A DNA stretch of 64,000 bases, from the NCBI RefSeq assembly GCF_001194135.2, contig NC_068983.1, forward strand, positions 155,062,984-155,126,983. Direction: 5' to 3'. This document shows, piece by piece, positions 12,388 through 25,271 of the stretch; position 1 is the first letter of the stretch, and each line of letters starts with the position of its first letter. The position numbers and the translations under genes were made by a program. The DNA comes from Octopus bimaculoides (Eukaryota). The notes beneath the pieces were generated by a model. That model was not told where the DNA came from. It saw only the letters and a program-made list of their open reading frames with translations, and ran no database searches.

Positions 12388-13742
12388 AAAGTAGACAAAT
12401 CACAAATCCCTTCAGATAGATGGCCCTGCTCAATCTGTAGAAAAGGCGTAGGTAGAAACTCCATAAGATGTACCCAGTGTAAGCTGTGGACACATAAGAG
12501 GTGTAACAATATCAAAGGAAGGCTAACTGGAAAGACAGTGTTTGTGAATGCAAATGCACAGGGGCAGTAAACACTGATATTGTACAGAAAACAGCTTCCA
12601 TCACATGCCAGTGGGTAAAACTAGAAGTAGTTGATAGCATCCATTACCTAGGTGACCAAATCAGTTGTGGTAGGGTTGGATGCTCTTGAGTGTAACTGCT
12701 AGAATAAGAATAGCATGGACAGAGTTCAGAGAGCTTCTACTTCTGCTGGTAACAAAGAACCTCTTGCTCAGAGCGAAATGTAGACTGTATGATGCATGTG
12801 TGTGAACAGCCATGCTACACGACTGTGAAACATGGGCTTACATGCGTAAGCTTGCAAGAAATGAAGCTAGTATGCTCCGCTGGATATGTAATGTCAGTGT
12901 GCATACACGACAGAGTGTAAGCACCCTGAGAGATAAGTTGGACATAAGAAGCATCAGATGTGGTGTGCAAGAGAGACAAATGTGCTGGTGTGGTCATGTG
13001 TTGCATATGGATGAGGGCGGCTGGGTGAAAAAGTGTCACACACTAACAGTGGAGGGAATCTGTGGAAGAGGAAGACATGGGATGAGGTGATGAAGCGCGA
13101 ACTTCAAATGTTGGGCCTCATGGTGGCAATGACAAGCAACTGAGACCTTTGGAGATATGCTGTGCTTGAGAAGACCCATCAAACCAAGTAAGACCCCAAG
13201 CATGGCCTACACTGCAATCATTTGGCAATAAAGTGTACTCAAGAAAACCTGTTGAGTCAAATGAAATCATCATTGTCATAGCCGATGCCAGTACCACCTG
13301 ATTGGCACCCATGCTGGTGGCATTTAAAAAGCAGCATTTGAGCGTGGCCAATACCAGTCCCACTGGACTGGCTCCCATGTCGGTGGCACGTAAAATGCAC
13401 CATTTGAATGTGGCCAATACCAGTACTGCCTGACTGGTCCCATGCTGGTGGCACATAAAATGCACCATATGAACATGGTCAATGCTAGTGCCACCTGACT
13501 GGCTCCCATGCCAGTGGCACATAAAAAAGCACTGTTCAAGCGTGGTCAATGTCTGTACCGCCTGACTGACACGTAGAAAAGCACCCACTACACTCTCGGA
13601 GTGGTTGGCTTAAGGAAAGGCATCCAGCTGTAGAAACCTTGCCAGATCAGATTGGAGCCTGGTGCAGCTTTCTAGCTTGCCAGTCCTCAATCAAACCGTC
13701 CAACCCATGCCAGCATGGAAAGCGGACATTAAACGATGATGG
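12388..13742 (+). mobile_element. 5'-truncated RTE-clade LINE (PHD-like finger, RT C-terminus, 3' UTR), frameshifted
   Basis: Translates piecewise as RWPCSICRKGVGRNSIRCTQCKLWTHKRC...LEVVDSIHYLGDQ...MLHDCETWA...RKLARNEASMLRWICNV...WCGHVLHM...GRGR...WDEVM; ends with the family A tail and (GAT)n. Confidence 0.9.
13284..13580 (+). repeat. Tandem ~66-nt units in the RTE 3' UTR (4 full, 1 partial)
   Basis: Unit starts at 13284, 13350, 13416, 13481 and 13548; consensus ATACCAGTGCCACCTGACTGGCTCCCATGCYGGTGGCACRTAAAA. Confidence 0.85.
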
Positions 13743-13753
13743 TGAGATGTAAA

Positions 13754-13814
<61 letters not shown>

Positions 13815-14876
13815 CTGACGGATTTCTTTTAGTTTTCTTCTTCCAAATCCACTCACAAGGCTTTGGTCAGCCTAAGGCTACAGCAGAAGATATTTGGCCC
13901 AAGGTTCCACACAGTGGTATTGATCCCAAGACCACATGGTTAGGAAGCAAGCTTTTCAAGCACAGCCATGCTTGCTTCTTCTCAACCGCACAGCATTGTT
14001 TGTGCCTTCTCAACTACATGCCCCTCGATGAGCGGTTAATATCATTTTTCTTTTGTCTGGCAGTGTAGCGGTTGTGGTGTGGCGGTCGTTTGATGGTGCT
14101 TGGAATCCATAGCTTTTGGTACTAAAAGAAGCCTTCAGTTTGTCACGCATTTTCTGATTCCTGAAAGTGCTGTTGATAATGTCAAGTGACTTTCAGAGAA
14201 ACATTGCACATTGTACTTACATACGCTGATGGCTGAGTGAACTGTGGTTTACGTAGTAGCAGTAGCTGATGCTCAAACAAACTCTGAATACTTCTTTTCA
14301 TCCACAAGTATGTACACATATTCACCTTATGCACACTCTACCTGCTTATATACAGATATATACATGCAAATACACACATACTCTCCCTCTCTTTCTGACA
14401 GATTATTCACCTGCTGCTCTTTCAAATGCAGATGCATGCATGTTTTGCAATAAAATATGAGGATAAGAGGAGGGCATATGTACACACGCTCGTGTACATT
14501 TGTGGCTTGGTGTGTGTGATATGTTGTTGACAGCAGATAATGTTCAGAGTTACCCACCCTATACCTCACACACACATGTGTGTTGTTATGATTAACTCTA
14601 GACCTATCACCCCCATATCTGCTGATCAGTTAGGAAAATCTTGTGACGGTCTTTGACTCTGCTTAACACCACTAGCTACTAGGTTACAGAGACGCACAAG
14701 AATTTGTGACCTGGTCAAAAATCTCAAAATGTGTTTTGAAATATGCAATATATNNNNNNNNNNNNNNNNNNNNNNNNNNNNNNNNNNNNNNNNNNNNNNN
14801 NNNNNNNNNNNNNNNNNNNNNNNNNNNNNNNNNNNNNNNNNNNNNNNNNNTATATATATATATATATATATATATA

Positions 14877-15610
14877 TGACCCTACTCGACCTATAGAAAA
14901 GGTGTAGGTAGAAACTCCATAAGATGCACCTAGTGTAAGCTTTGGACACATAAAAGGTGCAGCAATATTAGAGAAAGATTAATAGAGAAACTAACTTTTG
15001 TATGTGGAAGATGCACGGGTACAATAAATGCTGAAAATATGCAGAAAACAGACTCCATCAACTGCCATTGGGGCAAGCTAGAGGTAGCAGATAGTTTCCG
15101 TTATATAGGTGACCAAGTTAGTAGTACTATCTTCAAACTTTGAGCTTCACAGGGGCAATGACTAGTGACAGACCTTTGGTGATGTACTGTGCTTGAGAGG
15201 ACCTGTCAAGCCAAGTGCACCCATGCTGGTGGCATGTAAAGAACACCTTTCGAATATTGGGCCACACGGAGGCAAAGTGGTCGAGTTCTTTTTGAGTGTT
15301 GGGCCTCACAGAGGCAGTGACCGAGACCTTTGGTATTATGTCACGCTTGAGAAGAAGACCCATCAAGCCAAACAAAATCACAGTTGCGGCAGATACCAGT
15401 GTCATGCAAATTGGCACCTGTGCCAGTGACACGTAGAAGCATCCATTGCTCTGTGAGTGGTTGATGTTAAGAAGGGGATCCAGCCATAGAAAACCATGCC
15501 AAATCAGACTGGAGTCTAGTGTAGCCTTCCAGTGTGCCAGCCTGGTAAAACGATCCAACCCATGCCAGCATGGACAACAGATGTTAAATGATGATGATGA
15601 TGTTGATGAT
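14877..15610 (+). mobile_element. Second RTE LINE fragment, internally deleted and rearranged
   Basis: RKGVGRNSIRCT*CKLWTHKRCSNIRERLIEKLTFVCGRCTG...KLEVADSFRYIGDQVSS, then a jump to the ORF end (present twice) and the family A tail. Confidence 0.85.
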
Positions 15611-16773
15611 ATATATATATACATATGACAAGACTAGTAACATTGACCTGGTAACATTGACCAGGCAAGAAAATGAATTGCTGCCTCTGCCAAACTCTTC
15701 AATGTTAAGGTGACAGAGAGCCAATCAATGATTGGTGTCTGATAGGATTTCTCCAGGATTAGCTACTGATAAGACCTCAATCATCTTTCATCATTTTAAT
15801 GTCCATTTTTCCATGCTTGCATGGCTTGATTGGTCTCCAATCCTCATCTGTTATCAAGCAAGATACTATTCCTATGGCCAGGCACATTTCTACAGAATAA
15901 CGGTTACAAGTTTTTGCACAAGACTAGCAATTTTAGGGCAGTATCCAGTGTCCAAACTGGTACTTATTTCATTGACCCATGAAAAGAGTCAGAGTTGACC
16001 CCAGTAGCATTTGAACTCAGAATGTAAAGTCAAAAGAAATGTTACTTAGCATTGTCTCCAGCATAGTTACGATTCTGCCTAATCTCTACAGAGGATTGGA
16101 AATAAATGATATTCATTTCCAACAATCATGTGATATCAAGACAAGGAAACAAAATATACACATTCAGAACACTCACATATATATATTAATAAATATTACG
16201 CAAACACACACACGTGTGTCTGTGATGTATAAATATGTGTGTAATATATATATATTATATATATATATTTTATCTACTAACTGACAAGGCTTTGGTCAGC
16301 CTATGGATATAGTATAAGACATTTGCCCAAGGTATCACACAGTGGGACTGAACCGAATCCATGTAGTTAGGCTGCAAACTTCTTAACCACATGGCCATGC
16401 TTGTTATGTAATAAAGTAAACAGTAGGAACTATGGAAACTAGTGACGGTCTGTGTTACCAGTTAGTTAGTATAAACAGTTCAAAAGAGGAGTGAATTGGT
16501 TTGCTAATACTTTGGGTAGGCGCCTTTGTTGGAGAGTTCTGTCTTTTCTTCTTCCTTTCTGCCAACCAATTTATTACACTTTTGAACTGTTAGGTATTTC
16601 GTCTGTTGCTCTACTATTCCACTGCCTTATTGATTGGTACTAATATTGATTGCTATTCTCGTACGATATAAATAGATCCATCTAAATGTTGAGTTGTGTT
16701 GTCAAGCATAGGTATTTCAAGGGTTGTGTATGCTAGTATCATTCATAGTTTTTGTATTGTTCAAGTGTCTTTA

Positions 16774-17118
16774 TCATCATCATCATCATCATCGTCATCA
16801 TCGTTTAACGTCCGCTTTCCATGCTAGCATGGGTTGGACGATTTGACTGAGGACTGGTGAAACCGGATGGCAACACCAGGCTCCAATCTAATTTGGCAGA
16901 GTTTCTACAGCTGGATGCCCTTCCTAACGCCAACCACTCAGTGAGTGTAGTGGGTGCTTTTACGTGTCACCCACACGAAAACGGCCACGCTCGAAATGGT
17001 GTCTTTTATGTGCCACCCGCACAAGAGCCAGTCCAGGGGCACTGGCAATGATCTCGCTCAAAAACCCTACAAAGGCCAGTCAGGTGGTACTGGCAACGGT
17101 CTTGCTCAAGATGGTACA
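16774..17118 (-). mobile_element. RTE-tail repeat (family A) with about 3 hairpin units
   Basis: Reverse complement of the 1950-2300 type; young tail. Confidence 0.85.
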
Positions 17119-17794
17119 TCTTATCTTTATATATGTGGTTGATTGCACAGGAAATTTCAGGGGTGGATGTTGTTGCTGTTAAGGCCCAGTGAGCCATGAT
17201 CAAGTTGACCTATGATAGATGGCATTTAAAATATCTATGACTACATAATTTGCACTTTTTTTTTTTTTAATTTGTTCATTTATCTAAAATGGTGAGATGT
17301 GTTTTGAGAGATTTGACTGCCATTTCTTGCAGTTGGTGTGGCTATATAACTATTCTCCCTCACTTGTTCATAAAGGTTGAAATATCATTTTGTTGTATCA
17401 TGCTCATAAAACTGTTGCCGTATCATTCTAGTGCAATATTAATATGTTTAAGTTATCAGTATGCCAAAATAGCTGTAAAATGATGATGACAACACCTACG
17501 GTGATCATGATGATGGATGCATTAATGGGCTATTTTGTGGCAGGCAGTTGCAATAAACTGTTTGGATTATACAAACTTGCTATGTGCAATCCTTTAGGCT
17601 AAGAAAATGAAATGAATCTTTTTTTTTTGTATCTTTCTTTTTTAATCTGATATGATTGCAACAGTACGAATCATTATTTTTGAGCAAATAGATAAACCCT
17701 ACTGTATATATATGAATATATATATATATNNNNNNNNNNNNNNNNNNNNNNNNNNNNNNNNNNNNNNNNNNNNNNNNNNNNNNNNNNNNNNNNN

Positions 17795-18105
17795 TTCAGT
17801 CCTACTGGGCAGGTGTCTTTCTGCTATAGCCTTGGGTTGACCAAACCCTTGTGAGTGGATTTGGTATGTATATATATATATATATATATATATTTGTGTG
17901 TGTCTTTGTGTCTGTGCCCTCGTGACATTTGATGTTGGTGTGTTTACATCCCCGTAACATCAGCAGTTTAGTAAAAGAGACTGATAGAGTAAGTACTAGG
18001 CTTACAAAGAATAACTCCTGGGGTCAATTTGTATGACTAAAACCCTTCAGAGTGGATGCTCCAACATGGACACAGTCAAATGTCTAAAACAAGTAAAAGA
18101 ATGAA
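17795..18105 (+). mobile_element. tRNA-derived SINE (family B)
   Basis: TTCAGTCCTACTGGGCAGGTGTCTTTCTGCTATAGCC...AGTACTAGGCTTACAAAGAATAACTCCTGGGGTC...ACAAGTAAAAGAA. Confidence 0.75.
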
Positions 18106-19039
18106 AGAAGTAACCACTTGTGGATCATTGGCGATTTTTTTTTTTTTTTCCTCTGTCTTCCTTTTCTCTCAGACTTTCCTCCGTCTCTTGTTTCTGGCAA
18201 AGAGCTTTGCTCGCAATGTAAAACCACCTTTCTTTCCTTCACTGAACATCTGCTAATACTTTGCATGTACCACATCCTCACATTGTTGTTTTTTTGTAGT
18301 TGTATTTGGTCTTTGTTTATTTTGGATTTACTGTATATATATATACCAGAAGCATTGTGTAGGTTTGGTTGATGCATTGAGAAATGATTAAGATTCAGTT
18401 GAATTAGGTACTTGGTATGTATATATATATATTTGTGCAGGGTGTTCATAATTTATCCTTACAACTCCTACAATTTTATTGTAGTGTCTAGATGAGATAC
18501 ATGCAACCAATGAAGCTGATGTGGAAAGTGTTCTGATGTTTCTTATAAAATTTTACCTGTTTTCCAATAAACTCTGCTGAATTATCCCTATTTTTCATCT
18601 TTTTTTCCCTTCAGAATTTTTCAAATCGTAAATGTAATTTAATGAACACCTGTGTGTGTGTGTGTGTGGATTAGCTTGTTTTGGACTTCTTTCAGTTTCT
18701 CTCTACAAATCCATTTACAGCCTTGTATTATAGTAGATGATATTTGTCTAAGGTGTCATGCAGTGGGATTGAACCCAGACCTATGTGGGTGGGAAGCAAA
18801 CTTCTTATCACGTGTATATATATTATTGGGGTTTTCTTTGAAGATTGCTGTGTTCATTCAATCCATATGGATTTTTATAGAGTTTGTGTCTTGGCGAACA
18901 GGATTGTTTTTTCATACTTAAATGTTTTGTTCCACTGCAGTTCATATGCATGCATACACACAGATGCATATGCACACACGTATGCACATGCACACATACA
19001 TGTATGTATAATAGATATAAGTATAACAAGACTGCTCAT

Positions 19040-19270
19040 ACCTGTAAAAGCACTTGTGCCGGCGTCACATTTGAGCACCCATATCGGTGTTGTGTGAATA
19101 GCACCCAGCATACTCTGTAGAGTGATTGGCATTAGGAAGGGTATCCAGCCATAGAAACCAAACCAAATCAGTCCAGTACCGGGTGCAGATCTCCAGCTTA
19201 CCAGGTCTGGTCAAACTGTCCAACCCATACCAGCATGGAAAACAAATGTTAAATGATGATGATGATGATG
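19040..19270 (+). mobile_element. RTE-tail repeat (family A), diverged
   Basis: GGCATTAGGAAGGGTATCCAGCCATAGAAACC...CCAACCCATACCAGCATGGAAAAC...(GAT)n. Confidence 0.7.
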
Positions 19271-22200
19271 TTGATTACAATTACTAGAAGGCAATCATTA
19301 TTGGTGACTGACTTGCTTCTTCGTAGGTAAAGCATGATTCTGGAATTGGAGGTTCCACAATAGCCTGATGAATGTGTTATGTAATTATCATATAATTGCA
19401 TAAACCAGTAATTTACTTATGACTCCAACAGTTGGTTGCATTATATGCACGCAGATGCATGACTCTACACCTACTCATGCACATATGCACATATGCACAT
19501 ATGCACATACATAGTCAAGTAAATAAAGACTTTCTACTACATACGTTGGATAACTGTTTATCCTTCTTATACTTATAAACCTGTGTGTGTATGGGTGTAT
19601 GTAGTTAGTGAGGATCTGTTTCCATGGGATAAAAATAAGAAGGGAAAGCAAAGGATATAAAATTGAAACAGAAATAAAAAAAAAAAGCTCTGATGGTGAT
19701 TAGTTTACAATCATAAATATAATAAAAAGAAAAGGTATTACTATCAACAGAAAATGAATAAATAAATAATAAGGTGTTGGATTAATGTTAGTTGATAGTT
19801 TACAGCTCTGAATCTTTATATTATCTCAGATTTAAATTTGTTTTTTTATTTATTTGTTTTTTTTTTGTTTTTCTTTTTTGTTTTCTGCATTTCAACAATT
19901 GCTTCTTTTCTTTCTTTTTTCTTTTCTCTTTCTTCCTTTTTCTTCCCTTGTATATTCTGGTTTTGATTTAAGAGCCTTAATCACTTTGTTACAAATCCAG
20001 ATGTGTACCAATTAAAACTTTTTTAAACAATATTAATTGTTCAACTGAATTTAGTATCATTGTTGTTATTGTTGTTCTCATCTGATTTTTTTTTTCTCAT
20101 TTTTGTGTCGTCATTAATTTTTTTTTTTTTTCTTAAATTCATTTTATGTTCTATATCTCTTGTATTTATTTTAATAAAATTTATTTAATCATTATCATCA
20201 TTATTTTATTGCATTACTAGCATTATCATCATCACCACCACCACTGTCATCAGCACCTCTGTCATCATCACCACCGCCAGCATCTGGTCACATACATTAA
20301 TTGCTGCTTTCAAGGGATGTTGTCTTGACTTTGTGTGTGGAAATGGATTGGGCGAGAGGACATAAAACAACCTCAGCATAGAATAATGAAAAAAATAGCA
20401 AACAAAATGGAATGATTTGTGTATGGTGGTTGGGGGGGGGGGGGTAGGTTTATGTAATTAATATTACACTGGGAATAGTTTTGAATTTACAAATAAATAA
20501 AATGAAAATGTGATTGGGCACTATAAGAATGGTAGTGCAAATCAAATTCTTGAAGCTGGTTTCTATTCTCAATTGAAATAAATTTCTAGATTTATTTGTG
20601 TCATATCCATAGGAAAGTTTTGGTTTTATAATTTTAATTTTTATTTATTTTTTAAAATTTTATTCTTGGTGGTGTATAATAGGTTGGATGAGTTTGTAGC
20701 CGCACAGGTAGGGCATACATCCATTTCTGTTTTCGAGAGAGAGAATTCTCCTCCTCCTTTATTTTCTTTATTGTTATTTTCTTTACTTTCGTGTTCATCG
20801 TCTTCGTCTTTGTCTTCTTCAACATCAGCATCATCATCAACAATATCTCTTTTAATATCCATCTTCTATGCTGGTATAGGTTAGGTGGTTTGACAGGATT
20901 TGGATGATCCAAGGTCTGCCTCATGTCCCAATGTCTACTTTGGTGTTGTTTGTATAATTGGATGCCCTTCCTAATGCTAACCAGTTTACAGAGTGCACTA
21001 TGCGCTTTTCGTGTGATACCAACACTAGTGAGGTTGCCATGCAGCAACTTCTAAGACCAAGATCCCTTTCAACTGAGTGGGATTACAGTAGAAGAAGGTG
21101 GCTGTATGCTAGGAGAGGAAATTAAGGGCCCCGAACCAAATAAGTTTCTTGTTGTAGTGGAGCTACATGGGTACTTACACCATAAAAATAAGAATGACAG
21201 TAATTGGTGTGGATCTGGATAGAGAAATAAAATCATTGTGATGAAATATCAGGGTGGATCCTGAAGGTACCAGAAAGTGAACAGTGGTGTATGGTGACTG
21301 AAGTACAAAGTGCAAGGGTGGGTAGAATTTGCATAGCTCAAGATACCGAGAATTGCTGAAACTTTTTGAACATGAGATAGCTCCATTTAGGTAGACTTGT
21401 TACTGACGGTATCCCAGATGTGACCATCTTAACTTTCTTTTTATGCATGTTATTTATAACATGTCTTTCTTAAAGATGATAGGGTATATTCAACTGTTAT
21501 TACTTACAAATGGAGTAACTTGCAAAACCTCTCTTGCTGGTACATGAAACCAAAGCTCTACTTTATAGCTTGCTGGTCTTTTGCCACATCTAACCAGATT
21601 TACTTGGCTTATCTCCATACTTTATCCCCATAATGTGTCTGACCACACCTTCTCCTTCAGTTCCTTTACTTATCATTTTTCTGCCATGCTTGTCACGCTC
21701 TGGAATTGTACTTTAACTCACCATGTTTTTTCCTGCAGTTCTTGGTTTGCAGTTTTTCAAAACAAGAATAGATGTATTGACCTGCTAAAACTATGGGCTC
21801 AGGTACCAATCACCCTTAGACCAACCTATTAAATACAAAAGCAAAAAAAGAAACTAAAGAAAGACCACAATATTCTACTGGAGAAAGAAAAAAAAAAAAA
21901 ACCTAGGTGACTTCAGAGAGGTGTCAAGCAAGATTTGAACTGACAATCAGTAAATAAGTTAATGAAACTGACCATTCATGTTGTTATAAACTATTTTGTC
22001 TGATGTTGTGCCATGTTTGCCATGTCCTCAGGTCTCTTTCCCTCTGCTTTTCTCTTTAACAAATGAGCATAATATTATAATAATGAAAAAGAAATTTGTA
22101 TGTAGTTTTGCACACAAAGACAAAGTAGAATAATAAGGATGTTGAACCCTGAAGGGTCAATAAAGAAAGTGCCAGTATTACTCTGGCATCAAATCAATCA

Positions 22201-22640
22201 CTGAATACCCCTGCCCTCTTCTTCATCCCCTTCTCTTCACCCCTACTCTTCTCTCTCTCTCTCTCTCTCTCTCTTCCACCCCATCACTTTTCTCACTCTT
22301 TGTCCATCTCTGTTCTGCTTATATAACTGGCTTTGTGCCCAGCTATAAGAAGCCATCATTATCAAATTGTGAAAGTAGTTAGCTGTAGTGGTAGTAGTTA
22401 ATTGTAGTTGTAATAGTGTAAGTTTTCTTTCTTTTATTTTTACTAAATCCAGTACCTAACTTCTGTTATCTCTCCTCCCAGCTTGTGAACCATTTTGTTT
22501 ATGGCACCGCTGCTCTTGGACAAGTATCAGGAATGAATGTCTGTCACAACCTCTCATGACACCTTGCTTTCTCTATTTAACACTTGAATACTCTTTACCT
22601 CAGTTCATCTTTGACATTCTCTTCTGCTGTTTCTTTTCAG

Positions 22641-22675
<35 letters not shown>

Positions 22676-22729
22676 GACTACACATGTACTGTTGGTGATA
22701 ATTTCCCTTCTCTAGACTTTTCTCTTTTC

Positions 22730-22766
22730 CTTTCTAATGAAGAGCTATGCTTGAAACGTCAAAAAG
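22730..22766 (+). other. Decayed minimal hammerhead-like motif
   Basis: TTT CTAATGA A GAGC TAT GCTT GAAAC GTC AAA; G5 changed to A. Confidence 0.45.
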
Positions 22767-24895
22767 CATATGTATATGTATATATCAATTTCATTGTCAT
22801 GATTCACAAATATTCTATCCTTTAAAATATATTAAAAATATAAAAATTGTATGTATTTTCCTTCTTTATTATATATTTTTTCACTACAATTCTCCACCTG
22901 GGGAAATTCTCTTCAAAGAAATTGTTTTCTGCTATATATATATACACACATACCATAAAAACCCATGTAATTTAGGCACTTTTTCTCGCAAAAAAAAAAA
23001 AAACTTTAGGGAGTGTGTAAATTACATGAGTAGATCGTTTCCAGAAATTTTTTAGAAATTTTTTTTTGCTAAAAAATGACATGAGAAGTTGACTCATTTA
23101 ATGTCAGAATAGGTTTTACAGAAAAAATATAATGAAGTTGACTTTTATTTATGCCGAACGGTATAATGCTTACTTTTTCTGTATAAATTTGCTAAAACCA
23201 TTAAATGGCTAACTACTTTTTGAAGTTTGATGTTCATGCTGGTAATCACAGTCCGGGCCATATTTTACATGGCTTGGTGTTTCTACCTATCGCAAAGGAG
23301 CCCAGCAATTTCCTAAAATAGATCAGTTTTTCTCCTCTTAGGGAATCTAGCCTGTATTTGCACCAGGAAGCTATTTGCTCACTTTCTCCACGTTACAACA
23401 CAATGAAATTACTCACAGCTAATATCACTGCTATCAGCTCTTACTGCATCTAACGTCGACAATGACAACATCATAATTCATCCTTGCGCATGTAAACTCA
23501 CTAAGTAAATATGACTTAGTGTTCCTACAGAAACCTTTATTTACCTTATACAATGTTTGTCATTTCATATTCATATTGAATTATGCAGCAATCTTATGTT
23601 CTCTTCATAGAACACTTGTAATGTATGTATTACCAGTTCTTTTGGTATAGAAAATTTTTGTTATTCTTGTTTATGTCTCCTCACAGATGTGCATATTCTA
23701 ACAAGTTGCTTCTTAAATTTTGCACCTCTTGTTCAATAAACACTGAGTTAAACTTGCAAAGCTGTTTATTTTCTCCTTTAAATTTTTAATGTTTATTTTA
23801 GCAGGTTACCAAACTATCAGTTTGGTTTCCCGGCTAAAACGGTAAAGACAAATCTTTAAGTTTGCTTGACATTTTATAAGTGTGAAAGGAATTAAAATTT
23901 CGATACTCCGTATCAAAGGTTCCGACAAGAATAAGCAGAAAATCAGAGCTTGAGTCAAGAAGACAGTTTCGACTAATCAGAATTCTGTTTACATAATCAG
24001 TTTGATCGGCCACCTTCCTCTGTCAGTTGAGTAAAGTGTCATCCAAGATGATGTTTATTGGTAATTGAACTTATTTTGCAACATTAGTGCATATTTATCA
24101 GCTTTGCCTTTCATCCTTTCTGAGTCAATAAATTAAGTACCAGTGAAACACTGGGGTCAATGTAATTGACTAGTCCCCTCCCACCAAATTTCAGGCCTTG
24201 TGCCTATAGTAGAAAGGATTATTGTTATTATTATGTTCTAAAATAGGTTAAGCACTACAGAAAAAAACAACACATGTTCAACCAGCAAATAATGTTACAT
24301 TTTCATCCATTGTCTAGTTTGACAATACTCACTACACAATCGCAATCAGGTACCTTCAAAGAAACTCACAGTGTTGCAAAAATTCAGATTGACTTTACAG
24401 TTTAAGGACAGCTAATCTATATCTAGATGCTTATCTTTAGAAGGAAGCACTTCAAGCTGTATATCCAGATGTTTGGCTTCCTGCTCTGTTAATCCTCAAG
24501 TTGTGACTTTCCTGCTCCCTTTTCCTCAGAACCAGTTTTAGAAACCCAACAAAAATGTCATGGAAGCTGTACTTCCGTCTCTGATTAAAGTATATCTTTT
24601 ACTTGTTTCAGTTGTTAAATTGGTCAAGCTAGAAACCAATCCCAATACTTATTTCTTTTTCTAATCCTGCTACTTATTCTATCAGTCTGTTTTTGCCTAA
24701 CCACTAAGTTGTGTAAATGTAAACAAACGAACAACAGTTGTCAAGTAATGGTGGGTGAGCCATGTACACAGACATATACACAAGTGTGTTTGTGTATGTA
24801 TGTATATGTTTCTATGTATGCATATATCACGTTGAACCCTACACGTCTTTTTCTCTCTCTGTTTTTTTTTCGTTCTCCATCTTTTTCTTCTCAAC

Positions 24896-25017
24896 CCCTA
24901 CTGTTAAAGAGCATAGGCTTGAAATGTCAAAAACTTTTCCAGTCTTCATGTGCATAAAACTAATTTACCTGCTTGTTGTTCTCTCACTTTTCTTTGTCCT
25001 TTGTTTCCTATAAATTG

Positions 25018-25020
<3 letters not shown>
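24896..25020 (+). mobile_element. Repeat terminus with decayed hammerhead-like core (family F)
   Basis: CTGTTAA A GAGC ATAG GCTT GAAAT GTC; homologous to 8069-8165 and followed by (TA)n. Confidence 0.45.
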
Positions 25021-25055
<35 letters not shown>

Positions 25056-25227
25056 TTATACACATATATACACTCTCTTTGGTTTGTCCTAGCATTACAG
25101 TAGAAGACACTTGCCTGAGGTACTATGCAGTGGGACTGAACCTGGGACTATGTGGTTGAGAAACAAACTGCTCAGCACACAGCCCCACCTACTTCTATAC
25201 GTGTGTGTGTATGCTCTGCCGCAGCTG

Positions 25228-25271
<44 letters not shown>

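Noticed and set aside
13284-13580. CRISPR-like array of palindromic repeats
   Set aside because: There are no unique spacers, the units are contiguous and diverged, they lie inside a LINE 3' UTR, the context is eukaryotic, and there are no cas genes.
23945-24030. Possible hammerhead on the minus strand (CTGA...GAAACTGTC)
   Set aside because: No CUGANGA core with a consistent stem I and stem II could be drawn.
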